A stretch of 59,082 nucleotides of DNA, taken from positions 1 to 59,082 of the forward strand of contig CAWGJO010000044.1 of assembly GCA_963822945.1 (NCBI GenBank). The letters run 5' to 3'. Position numbers and translations under genes: made by a program. This DNA is from an uncultured Gemmatimonadaceae bacterium. GTDB lineage: Bacteria; Gemmatimonadota; Gemmatimonadetes; Gemmatimonadales; Gemmatimonadaceae. The notes under the pieces are model-generated. The model saw only the letters and a list, made by a program, of their open reading frames with translations, ran no database searches and was not told the DNA's origin. This document shows, in pieces, positions 9,605 through 19,473 of this stretch (its first letter is position 1; each line of letters opens with the position of its first letter).

Positions 9605-10151
9605 GTTCTCCTCCAAGTGCCACATACTGTTCGTTCAGCCGCATCACCAGCCGACGGCGCCACAGCGCGTCCAGCGTGCTCCGCGCGTCGGGCTCGGTCT
9701 CGCCGATCTCCCCGGCCAGATCCGCCGCCAGGGCGCGCCCGTGCCGCTTCACGGCCTCCCAGGCCCGCCGCTCGCGCTCGCTGAGCACGCCCACCACGTG
9801 GACGCCGTCCTCCTGTTCGATGGCCAGCGCCAGCCCGTGCCGCTCCAGCACCGTCTCGATCGCTTCCCAGTGGTCGTCGGTCATACCCCGGAACAGAAAA
9901 TACGCCTCGTGCGGCGGATTCTCGGCGCAGTAGCGCAGCAGGAGCTTGGCAATCACCTCGTCGGCGCACGAGAAATCCATCATCGAGACGTGCGAGAAGT
10001 CGAGCACCGTGAGCGTGCGCTCGTGCGCCTCGCGCATCAACAGCTCGATCTGGTTGCGAACCGCGGCGCCGGTGGGCCGCGTGACGAGGTTCGAATAGAG
10101 ATTCGCCGACACGGTCTGCCGGAGAACGGTCCCGAGATCAATATGATTCAT
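9597..10151 (-). CDS. STAS-like (DUF4325-like) domain plus C-terminal winged-helix protein
   Basis: LVTRPTGAAVR..TVLDFSHVSMMDFSCADEVIAKL; C-terminal AADLAGEIGETEPDARSTLDALWRRRLV; ATGA overlap with upstream gene. Confidence 0.75.
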   Translation of the reverse strand: MNHIDLGTVLRQTVSANLYSNLVTRPTGAAVRNQIELLMREAHERTLTVLDFSHVSMMDFSCADEVIAKLLLRYCAENPPHEAYFLFRGMTDDHWEAIETVLERHGLALAIEQEDGVHVVGVLSERERRAWEAVKRHGRALAADLAGEIGETEPDARSTLDALWRRRLVMRLNEQYVALGGERG

Positions 10152-11035
10152 TCTTTCGCCGCCGCGCGCTCGGGAATCGTCACCTGCACCTGAGCGCCGG
10201 GAAAGGGGGAGAGGTCTTCTTCCAGAGGAACATCTTCGTCCCACTTCGGCACGAGCGCAATGCGCGCCGTGCCGCTGCGGATGGAAAGTTTGCCTTCCCA
10301 CCGGCCGCAATAGCGGCGGACGCCCGACAGGCCCTGCCCGCGGCCGGGATCGCGGAACCGGCTCACGCCGCGGATAACGGCCGCCTCGAGCGCGGCCCCG
10401 TCGTCCCAGCGGTCGTCGCGCACCCGGCCCGGCGCGCCCTCGAGCGAGTTCCGGAACCCGATGCCGGCGTCGCAGACCGCGATCTGCACCACCCGGCGCC
10501 CCAGGCGCTTCTTCCAGGTGTAGGCCTGCACCGCCACCCAGCCGCCGCGGCCGGCGTGCTCGACGATGTTCTGGCAGACCTCGGAGAGGGTCATCGCGAA
10601 GCCGACCGTCGCCTTGGCATCGAGGCTCAGCTCGGTGGCGATGATCTGCTGGGCCTTCTGCTGGATGCGCTCCACGACCTCGTGGACATCCTCGCTCCGC
10701 GCCACCGGGGTGACCTCGAGCAGCACCCGCGAGTCGCCCCCCGTGCGCTTGGGCACGGCGCCATGCAGTTCGTAGAGATCGTCGGCGTACTTGAAGAAAT
10801 CGGTGCGCGCCCAGTACCCCACCGTCTCCTCGCCCTCCGGCACGGCAAACGCCGGCCGTTCGGCGCGCGACTGCGCCAGCGTGAGGAGCGCGGTCAACCC
10901 GTACGGCGACGCCCACCGGCAGTGGCGGGCGTCGACGACCACCTTCTCGTCGGCGGGCACGGGCGCCAGCTGCTCCAGCACTTGCTCGAAGGTCTGATCA
11001 TCGAGCGACGGTGGGACGTTGATGACGGTGGTCAC
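10148..11035 (-). CDS. GHKL/HATPase (anti-sigma-kinase-like) with N-terminal STAS-like domain
   Basis: N-box EVCQNIVEHA, G1 DAGIGF, G2 GRGQGL, PGAQV; N-terminal VVVDARHCRWASPYGLTAL; no His-phosphoacceptor domain. Confidence 0.82.
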   Translation of the reverse strand: MTTVINVPPSLDDQTFEQVLEQLAPVPADEKVVVDARHCRWASPYGLTALLTLAQSRAERPAFAVPEGEETVGYWARTDFFKYADDLYELHGAVPKRTGGDSRVLLEVTPVARSEDVHEVVERIQQKAQQIIATELSLDAKATVGFAMTLSEVCQNIVEHAGRGGWVAVQAYTWKKRLGRRVVQIAVCDAGIGFRNSLEGAPGRVRDDRWDDGAALEAAVIRGVSRFRDPGRGQGLSGVRRYCGRWEGKLSIRSGTARIALVPKWDEDVPLEEDLSPFPGAQVQVTIPERAAAKE

Positions 11036-11997
11036 GTGGCGCTGAGTTCCCCTCGAAGATGGTGCGCGAGTCCGGTGGCCCCGCGATGTCCCAGATTCCG
11101 GCCGGCGGCGCGGTGGGCCGCGCGAATCGCGTCATCCAACTTATCACCGGTCAGGAGCCGAGAGAAATAAGTTGCGCCCCACACGTCCCCACAACCCGTG
11201 GGGTCGCCGCCGGCAGGGCTTGACATCGGCGTGGGGACGAGCGCCGTCCGGATCGGACCCGTCGCGCCGCCGATGCGGCGCGGACGCCGCAAATCGGCCA
11301 ACCGGTGGAAATCGGGGGCGGCGAAGTAGACGGCGCCGCGCGCGCCGAGGGTCACCACCAGACAGCGCGTGCCGGCGTCGAGCGCGGTGGCCGCCAGCGC
11401 CATCGGGTCGGGCGCCATGAGCGCCATCTCGTCCTCGTTCACCTGGACGATGTCGAAGCAGGCGCACCACTCGCGCACGTTGGGCAGCGGGCGCGGGGTG
11501 CGCAGGCCGTCCTGCCGGATGGCCAGCACCAGCGAGTGCAGGTCGCAGTAGATCGGCCCCGGGAAGTGTTGACGGATCAACTGTGCCGTTTCGAGGTCGA
11601 TCTCCCAGCCGGCCAGCAGATTGATGTACAGGGCGTCGAGTCCGCGCAACAGCGGCTGCAGCCCGGCCCAGGTCCACGGCGGCACGCCACCGGTGAGCTT
11701 CTCCGTGCGCCGCGATTCGCTCACGTAGCGGATCTCCACGCGGTTGTTGGGGTGCGGCACCTCCACGAGCGGCGCGTCGGGCGCCAGGTGCCGCAGCGTG
11801 GCGGCGAATTCGCGTGCCCGCTGCGCCAGATCGGCGCCCACCTTGATCAGCGGCACGATCTGCCAGTCGTCGGGCAGGGCGGCGTCCAGTCCGCTCAGGC
11901 TGTAGGTGACGCCGCCCCATTCCTCGATCGGACGCTCACGGACGTCACGGCCGTGGATGACGTCCCAGACGAAGGTGCCGAGAATCCCCAGCCTCAT
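11032..11997 (-). CDS. PfkB/ribokinase-family carbohydrate kinase
   Basis: GG..Y, VQVNEDE, VVTLGARGA, DPTGCGDVWGA. Confidence 0.88.
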   Translation of the reverse strand: MRLGILGTFVWDVIHGRDVRERPIEEWGGVTYSLSGLDAALPDDWQIVPLIKVGADLAQRAREFAATLRHLAPDAPLVEVPHPNNRVEIRYVSESRRTEKLTGGVPPWTWAGLQPLLRGLDALYINLLAGWEIDLETAQLIRQHFPGPIYCDLHSLVLAIRQDGLRTPRPLPNVREWCACFDIVQVNEDEMALMAPDPMALAATALDAGTRCLVVTLGARGAVYFAAPDFHRLADLRRPRRIGGATGPIRTALVPTPMSSPAGGDPTGCGDVWGATYFSRLLTGDKLDDAIRAAHRAAGRNLGHRGATGLAHHLRGELSAT

Positions 11998-12016
11998 ACG
12001 GCGACAACCGAAAAGG

Positions 12017-12284
12017 AGCGCAGGGCCGATACGACGCAGGGCCGATACGACGCAGGGCCGATACGGCGCAGGGCCGAAACGGCGCAACGGCGAAACGGCG
12101 GGGAATCGGAGGCGGGCCTGCGGCCCGGGAAACTGCGAATTCTGGGGGACCTGCGTTCGCCGTTTTTCCAACTCGCCGTTTGCATTGCTTCCTTTTCCCC
12201 GCCGTAACGGTCCCTGCGCGGTTCATGTCCTGCGTGGCTTTGGCCCTGCGTCGTCTCGGTCCTGCGTCGTACCGGCCCTGCGCT
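12017..12284. repeat. Long inverted repeat made of two opposed arrays of 16-bp units
   Basis: CGCAGGGCCGATACGA x~5 (12019-12098) and degenerate reverse-complement units ending 12218, 12234, 12250, 12266, 12282. Confidence 0.85.
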
Positions 12285-12301
12285 GTCGCGCAGTTCGCCT
12301 C

Positions 12302-13291
12302 TTACGAATCTAGGAATGTCTTTACCGCGCCCACCACGCCGGCGGTGCCGGGCAGTTCGCCGGGCACGATCCGCGCCGCCGACACGGCCGGGGCGAAGGC
12401 CCGGCGCCGCACCTCGGCGCCCAGCGGCACGAACAGCCGGTCGCCGGCCGCCGTGACGCCGCCCGCCACCACCACCACGTCCGGATTGAAGATGTTGAGC
12501 AGATTCGCCACGCCCGTGCCGAGGTAGCGGCCCGTGTCGCGCACGATCTCGTTGGCCACCGGATCGCCCTGGCGTGCCGCGTCGTACACCGTGGCCGCGG
12601 TGATCTCGTCCAGGTTCCCGTCCACCATGCCGGGCATGAGGGAGTCGGTGCCCTCGCGCACCAGCACCTCGCGGGCCCGCGTCGCGATGGCGGGCCCCGA
12701 GGCGTAGGCCTCCAGGCATCCATAGTTGCCGCACTTGCAGTGCCGGCCGTTGAGTTCGATGGTGGTGTGCCCGATCTCGCCGGCCACGTCGGACGCGCCG
12801 TGGAAGAGCTTGCCGTCCACGATCAGCCCGCCGCCGATCCCGGTGCCGATGGTGAGGCCCACCACGTGGCGGCCGCCGCGCGCGGCGCCCTGCCACCATT
12901 CGCCCACCGTCGCGCAGTTGGCGTCGTTGTCGAGCGTTGCCCGCAGGCCGAGCCGTTCCGAGATGCGGGCACGGAGCGGGAAGTCCTTCCACCCGAGGTT
13001 CGGCGCCACGATCACCAGTCCGCGCTCGCGGTCCAGCGGGCCGGGCGCGCCGATGCCGACGCCGAGAAACGCGTCGCGGCCCACGCCGGTTTCGCGCATG
13101 GTGTCGGCGATGGTGGCTTCGATCTGGGCGGCGATCCGGTCCACCACCGCGTTGGTGCCCGACGCGACGCCGGTGGGACTCGAGCGGATGCCGTGGGTAT
13201 GGGCGCCGTCGGCCGACAGCGCACCGGTTACGATGTTCGTGCCGCCGAGGTCGACGCCCACGATGTATTGGTCCGGCGAGTTGGCGTTCAT
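12302..13291 (-). CDS. ROK-family sugar kinase (glucokinase-like)
   Basis: VGVDLGGTNI, GIGAPGPLD, DNDANCATVGE, GTGIGGG, GEIGH..CKCGNYGCLEAYASG. Confidence 0.92.
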   Translation of the reverse strand: MNANSPDQYIVGVDLGGTNIVTGALSADGAHTHGIRSSPTGVASGTNAVVDRIAAQIEATIADTMRETGVGRDAFLGVGIGAPGPLDRERGLVIVAPNLGWKDFPLRARISERLGLRATLDNDANCATVGEWWQGAARGGRHVVGLTIGTGIGGGLIVDGKLFHGASDVAGEIGHTTIELNGRHCKCGNYGCLEAYASGPAIATRAREVLVREGTDSLMPGMVDGNLDEITAATVYDAARQGDPVANEIVRDTGRYLGTGVANLLNIFNPDVVVVAGGVTAAGDRLFVPLGAEVRRRAFAPAVSAARIVPGELPGTAGVVGAVKTFLDS

Positions 13292-13309
13292 GTGCGGAGG
13301 AAAGAGGTG

Positions 13310-14302
13310 CTAGAGAAGATGGCGCACCTGCGCCGCCACGTCACCTGCGGTCACCTCGCGCATGCACTTCCAGTGCTGCAGCGGGCAGACCGCGGGGCCG
13401 TGTTTGTCGCAGGGGCGGCAGTCCAGGGTGGGATGCCCCACAACAATAGAATGGGGCGCCAGGGGCCCGAAGCCGAATTCCGGCACGGTGGGGCCGTAAA
13501 GCGTCGCGGTGGGGGTGCCCATGGCGGAACCCAGATGCTGGGGCGCCGAATCGTTGGTGACGAGCAGGCGACAGCGGCCGATGAGTTCCGCCGAGGCGAG
13601 CAGGGAGAGGTGGCCGGTGGCGTCCACGGTGGACGGGCCGGCGGCATCGACGATCGCCGCCGCCAGTTGGCGGTCGTCCGCGCTGCCGATCACGACCAGG
13701 CGCGCCTCGCCGGCGAGTGCACGGGCCAGGTCGGCATAGTACGGCCAACGCTTGGTGGCCCACACGCTTCCGGGGGCCAGGGCGGCCAACGGCCGGGCGT
13801 CGTGCGACGCGCCGAGCAGCGCGTTCACGGCGGCCTTTTCCTCGGCGCCGGGATAGAGGCGGGGGCGGCGCTGTTCGGCGTCGGGCTCGCGGTCGGGAGC
13901 GGCGAGTTGCCAGAGCCGGGCCGCGTGATGCAGGTCGCGCCGGTAGGGCACGGTGCGCGAGTACAGTGCGCGGCCCGCCGAGGTGGCGAATCCCACGCGG
14001 ACGCGAACGCCGCTCGCAAAGGCGAGCGCCGCGCTCCGCAGGGAACCCTGTGCCAGATACACGGCGTCGGCCCGGCTGGCGGCCAGCTCGCGGGCGATGC
14101 GGCGGAAGCCGCGTAGGCCGCGCGCCGAGCGGCGCTTGTCGTACACGATCACGCGCCGCACGTCCGGGTTGTTGGCCAGCAGGCCCGCCGAGGCGGGGGT
14201 GGCCACGACGTCCACCGGCCCGCGCGCCGCCAACTCCGCGATCAGCGGCGTGGTGAGCACCATGTCGCCGAGGAAGCTGGTCTGGACGATGAGCGAGGTC
14301 AT
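13310..14302 (-). CDS. waaF: Glycosyltransferase family 9 (LPS heptosyltransferase II-like)
   Basis: LIVQTSFLGDMVLTTP, APGSVWATKRWP, VTNDSAPQHLG, LYGPT, CRPC..C. Confidence 0.85.
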   Translation of the reverse strand: MTSLIVQTSFLGDMVLTTPLIAELAARGPVDVVATPASAGLLANNPDVRRVIVYDKRRSARGLRGFRRIARELAASRADAVYLAQGSLRSAALAFASGVRVRVGFATSAGRALYSRTVPYRRDLHHAARLWQLAAPDREPDAEQRRPRLYPGAEEKAAVNALLGASHDARPLAALAPGSVWATKRWPYYADLARALAGEARLVVIGSADDRQLAAAIVDAAGPSTVDATGHLSLLASAELIGRCRLLVTNDSAPQHLGSAMGTPTATLYGPTVPEFGFGPLAPHSIVVGHPTLDCRPCDKHGPAVCPLQHWKCMREVTAGDVAAQVRHLL

Positions 14303-14387
14303 GCGGGCGCGGTCGGGGCCATGCGCCAATCTACGTGCCGGAGGTCCGCTGCGGCATCACGCGGGCGTCACGAACGGGCGCTCAGCA

Positions 14388-14571
14388 TCAAGAACGGAGA
14401 GGAGAAGGCAGATGATGCGGATCATCACGGATGAAACGAATCGTGCGTATGGGGTCTCGGCGGCCAGCTTCGCGCGCGTGGTGCATGGATCCTGCCGCCG
14501 CGCTCCCTCAGCCGTTGATCCGTCTCATCCGGGCCATCCGGATCATGGCAGTTCCTTCCCTCCGTTCCTGA
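14388..14571. repeat. 184-bp palindromic intergenic element, copy 1 (~55-bp arms with ~9-bp GGAT units)
   Basis: Left arm TCAAGAACGGAG...GGATGAAACGAATC pairs with right arm GATCCGTCTCATCCGG...CTCCGTTCCTGA. Confidence 0.8.
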
Positions 14572-14590
14572 GGCCCGTCGGCCACGTGCG

Positions 14591-16391
<1,801 letters not shown>

Positions 16392-16494
16392 GGGATCCCG
16401 GGTTGAACGGTCAGCGCGCCGAACGCGGCGCAATCATCAAAGTTAGTCCGCGGCGGGGTGGCTTCCAAGCGAACATCGCGGTGTACGGGCGAGA

Positions 16495-16678
16495 TCAGGA
16501 ACGGAGGGTTTGGACAGGATGATCCGGACGAGACGGATGAGACGGATTACCGTCAGGGGGCTTCAGTGGGAGGCTCGGCCCGCATCGCGGGCTGAGTCTT
16601 CCTCTACAGCCCCCCAGCATCACTCCGTCTCATCCGGATCCATCCGGATCATCCGCAGTTCATACGCTTCGTTCTTGA
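16495..16678. repeat. 184-bp palindromic intergenic element, copy 2
   Basis: TCAGGAACGGAGGG...GGATGAGACGGA pairs with TCCGTCTCATCCGG...CGTTCTTGA; arms homologous to 14388-14571. Confidence 0.8.
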
Positions 16679-16738
16679 TGCCCACCTGGCGCAGGCGTCT
16701 TCCAGAGTCGGAGTCCGGGCCCTAGGTTTCGCCTCCCG

Positions 16739-17680
16739 ATGGAGACCGCCCGCGCCACGCGAGCCGACCTGCTCGACCCCGCGCACCTCGCCGCGCTGGG
16801 CCGCGTGGAGATTATTGCCCGCTGGATCGTCGACGGCTTCATGACCGGCCTCCATCGCTCTCCCCGCAAGGGATTCTCGGTGGAATTCGCCGAGTACCGC
16901 CCCTACCTCCCGGGCGACGACCTGCGCCACGTCGACTGGAAGATCGCCGCCCGCGCCGACCGGCTGGTCGTCAAGCAGTACGAGGAGGAGACCAACCTCC
17001 GGGCCACGATCGTGCTCGACGTCAGCCGCTCCATGCAGTGGAGCGGCGCCCAGCTCGGCGCCACCGGCCGCGTGCGCGAGCCGGCACGGCTCACCAAGCT
17101 CGCCTACGCCGAGATCGTCGCTGCCTCGCTCGCCCTGGTGCTCCTGCGCCAGCGCGACGCCGTGGGACTCGTGCGCTTCGACGACCGCGTGCGCACGGCC
17201 ATTCCCCCGCGCGCCCGCCAGGCCCAGTGGCGGCGGTTCGTGGCCGCCCTCGACGCGCCGGGCGCCGGGCTCGCGTCCAGCGCGCCCGCCGCGCTCGAAC
17301 AGGCCGCGCAGCTTCTGCGCCGCCGCGGCATGGTGGTGCTCATCTCCGATCTGCTCATGGACGTCGACGACACCGTGCGCGCGCTGCGCGGCCTGCGCGC
17401 CGCCGGTCACGACGTGACCGTGCTCCACGTGCTCGATCCCGACGAACGCGAGCTACCCGTGCAGGGCGAGCTGCTGTTCGTCGATCCCGAATCGGACCTC
17501 GCCGTGCCGGCGACCGTCTCCGACGTGCGGGCCGCCTACCGCGCCACGGTGGACGAGGTGATCGCCGAATGGCGCGCCCGCCTCGGCGCGGCGGGCGTCG
17601 GCTACGAAGTGGTGATGACCGACCAGCCGTTCGGCGTTCCGCTGCGGCGCGCGTTCGCCGCCCGCCAGCATCTGCCATGA
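16739..17680 (+). CDS. DUF58 domain (MoxR-associated vWA) protein
   Basis: GLHRSPRKGFSVEFAEYRPYLPGDDLRHVDWK, KQYEEETN, LDVSRSM, VLISD. Confidence 0.92.
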   Translation: METARATRADLLDPAHLAALGRVEIIARWIVDGFMTGLHRSPRKGFSVEFAEYRPYLPGDDLRHVDWKIAARADRLVVKQYEEETNLRATIVLDVSRSMQWSGAQLGATGRVREPARLTKLAYAEIVAASLALVLLRQRDAVGLVRFDDRVRTAIPPRARQAQWRRFVAALDAPGAGLASSAPAALEQAAQLLRRRGMVVLISDLLMDVDDTVRALRGLRAAGHDVTVLHVLDPDERELPVQGELLFVDPESDLAVPATVSDVRAAYRATVDEVIAEWRARLGAAGVGYEVVMTDQPFGVPLRRAFAARQHLP

Positions 17681-19473
17681 GCTTCCTCGCTCCCTGGTTC
17701 CTGCTGCTCGCCGCCGCGGCCGCCGTGCCGCTGCTGCTGCACCTGCTGCGGCGGCGGATCGGCACCCGCGTGGAATTTCCGGCGGCGCGCTACCTGGCCC
17801 GCGCCGAGCGGGAGCACAGCCGCACGCTGCGCATGCGGAACCTGCTGCTCATGATGCTGCGCGTGGCGGCGGTGCTGCTCATCGCGCTCGCGGCGGCCCG
17901 GCCCGTGGCGCACCTGTTCGGCCGCGGACACGGGCCCACCGCGCTCGCCGTGGTGCTCGACAATTCGCTGAGCACCACCGTGATCGAGAACGGCCATCCG
18001 CTGTTCGCACGGCTCGAGGAGCTCGCACGGCGCGCGTTCGGCCAGGCGGCCGCCGGCGATCGGCTCTGGCTGGTGACGGCCGACGGCGTGTCGCGCGCCG
18101 GCACGGCGGCCGAACTGCGCCGGGCCGTGGACCACCTGTCCCCCATGGGAGGCGCCGGCGATCCGGAGCTCGCCCTGGCCCGCGCCGCCGCCACGGTGCG
18201 CGCGGCCGGACTGCCCAGCCGGCAGGTGGCGCTGATCACCGACGGACAGAAGTCCACGTGGAGCACGGTGCCGGCCACCGGCGCGGTGCCCGTGCTCGCC
18301 TGGGTGCCGATCACCCGGCCCCCGGCAAATCGCGCCGTGGTGAGCGCCCGCGCCGTGCCGGAGCGCTGGACGCCGCGCGGCGCCGTGCGCGCGCGTGTGC
18401 AGGCGGCCGATTCCACCACCTTTCGCATCATGCTCGGCAACCGCACGCTGGCCCGCGGCACCGCCGCGCCCGGCGAGGAGATCGTCGTACGGGCCACACC
18501 GCCCGAGCGCGGATGGCGGGCCGGCACGGTGGAACTCGATCCCGACGAACTGCCGGGTGACAACGTCCGGCACTTCGCCGCCTGGGTGGGGCCCGCCACG
18601 CGCGTGCACGTGTTGCCGGGCGCCGGCCCGTTCGTGGCGAGCGCGCTGGACGTGCTGCGCGGCGACGGACGGGTGGCGTCGGGCAACGACGTGGCCGTGC
18701 TTCCCGCCGACGAGGTCACGACGCTTCCCGCGCTCATCGTCGCACCCTCCGATCCGGTGCGCGTGGGCGCCGCGAACCGTGCCCTGGATCGCGCGGGCAT
18801 TCCCTGGCGATTCGGTCCCGCGCACCGCGGCTCGGAGGTCGTGCGCGGCCCCGACGTCGGCGGGCCGCGCGTCCGCTTCCGCTACGAGTTGCAGCGCACC
18901 AGCGCCGCGCCGGCCGATACCCTGGCCAGCGTCGGCGTGCAGCCGTGGATCGTGGCCGGGCCGCGCTACGTGCTGGTGGCGTCGCCGCTCACGCCCGACG
19001 CGTCGACGTTCCCGGTGAGCGCCGCGTTCGTTCCGTGGGTGGCCGGCGTGATGGCCGACCGTCTGTCGGGCGAGCCGGGGCGCGCGCTCGACGCCGCGCC
19101 CCTGCAGCACATCGCCTGGCCCGCGTGGGCCGATGCGCTCGAAGAAACGGGCGCCGGTGGCGCCCCGGGAAGCGACTTCACGGCACCGGCACAGGCGGGC
19201 ACCTACTTCTTCACGCGGGATGGCCGGCGCGTCGGCGCCCTCGTCGTCAACCCCGAAGGGCGCGAATCCACCCTCGACCGGTGGAGCGCGGGCGACTTCG
19301 CGCGGCTGCTCGGCTCGCAGGCCCGCGTGGTCACCGACGACGACCGGTTCGTGGCGTCGCTCTTCGACGCGTCCACCCGCGGCCCACTGGTGGTGCCGCT
19401 GCTCGTGGCATTGCTGGCAATCCTCATTATCGAAGGCGCACTCGCCGCGCGCGGCGCCGGTATGGAAGGCTGA
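17677..19473 (+). CDS. BatA-domain/vWA membrane protein
   Basis: MSFLAPWFLLL..PLLLHLL..VEFPAARYL..LLMMLR..ARP; VLDNSLS; LITDGQ; C-terminal TM; ATGA overlap. Confidence 0.85.
   Translation: MSFLAPWFLLLAAAAAVPLLLHLLRRRIGTRVEFPAARYLARAEREHSRTLRMRNLLLMMLRVAAVLLIALAAARPVAHLFGRGHGPTALAVVLDNSLSTTVIENGHPLFARLEELARRAFGQAAAGDRLWLVTADGVSRAGTAAELRRAVDHLSPMGGAGDPELALARAAATVRAAGLPSRQVALITDGQKSTWSTVPATGAVPVLAWVPITRPPANRAVVSARAVPERWTPRGAVRARVQAADSTTFRIMLGNRTLARGTAAPGEEIVVRATPPERGWRAGTVELDPDELPGDNVRHFAAWVGPATRVHVLPGAGPFVASALDVLRGDGRVASGNDVAVLPADEVTTLPALIVAPSDPVRVGAANRALDRAGIPWRFGPAHRGSEVVRGPDVGGPRVRFRYELQRTSAAPADTLASVGVQPWIVAGPRYVLVASPLTPDASTFPVSAAFVPWVAGVMADRLSGEPGRALDAAPLQHIAWPAWADALEETGAGGAPGSDFTAPAQAGTYFFTRDGRRVGALVVNPEGRESTLDRWSAGDFARLLGSQARVVTDDDRFVASLFDASTRGPLVVPLLVALLAILIIEGALAARGAGMEG

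Noticed and set aside
12019..12282. CRISPR array
   Set aside because: 16-bp units are contiguous with no spacers; no cas genes.
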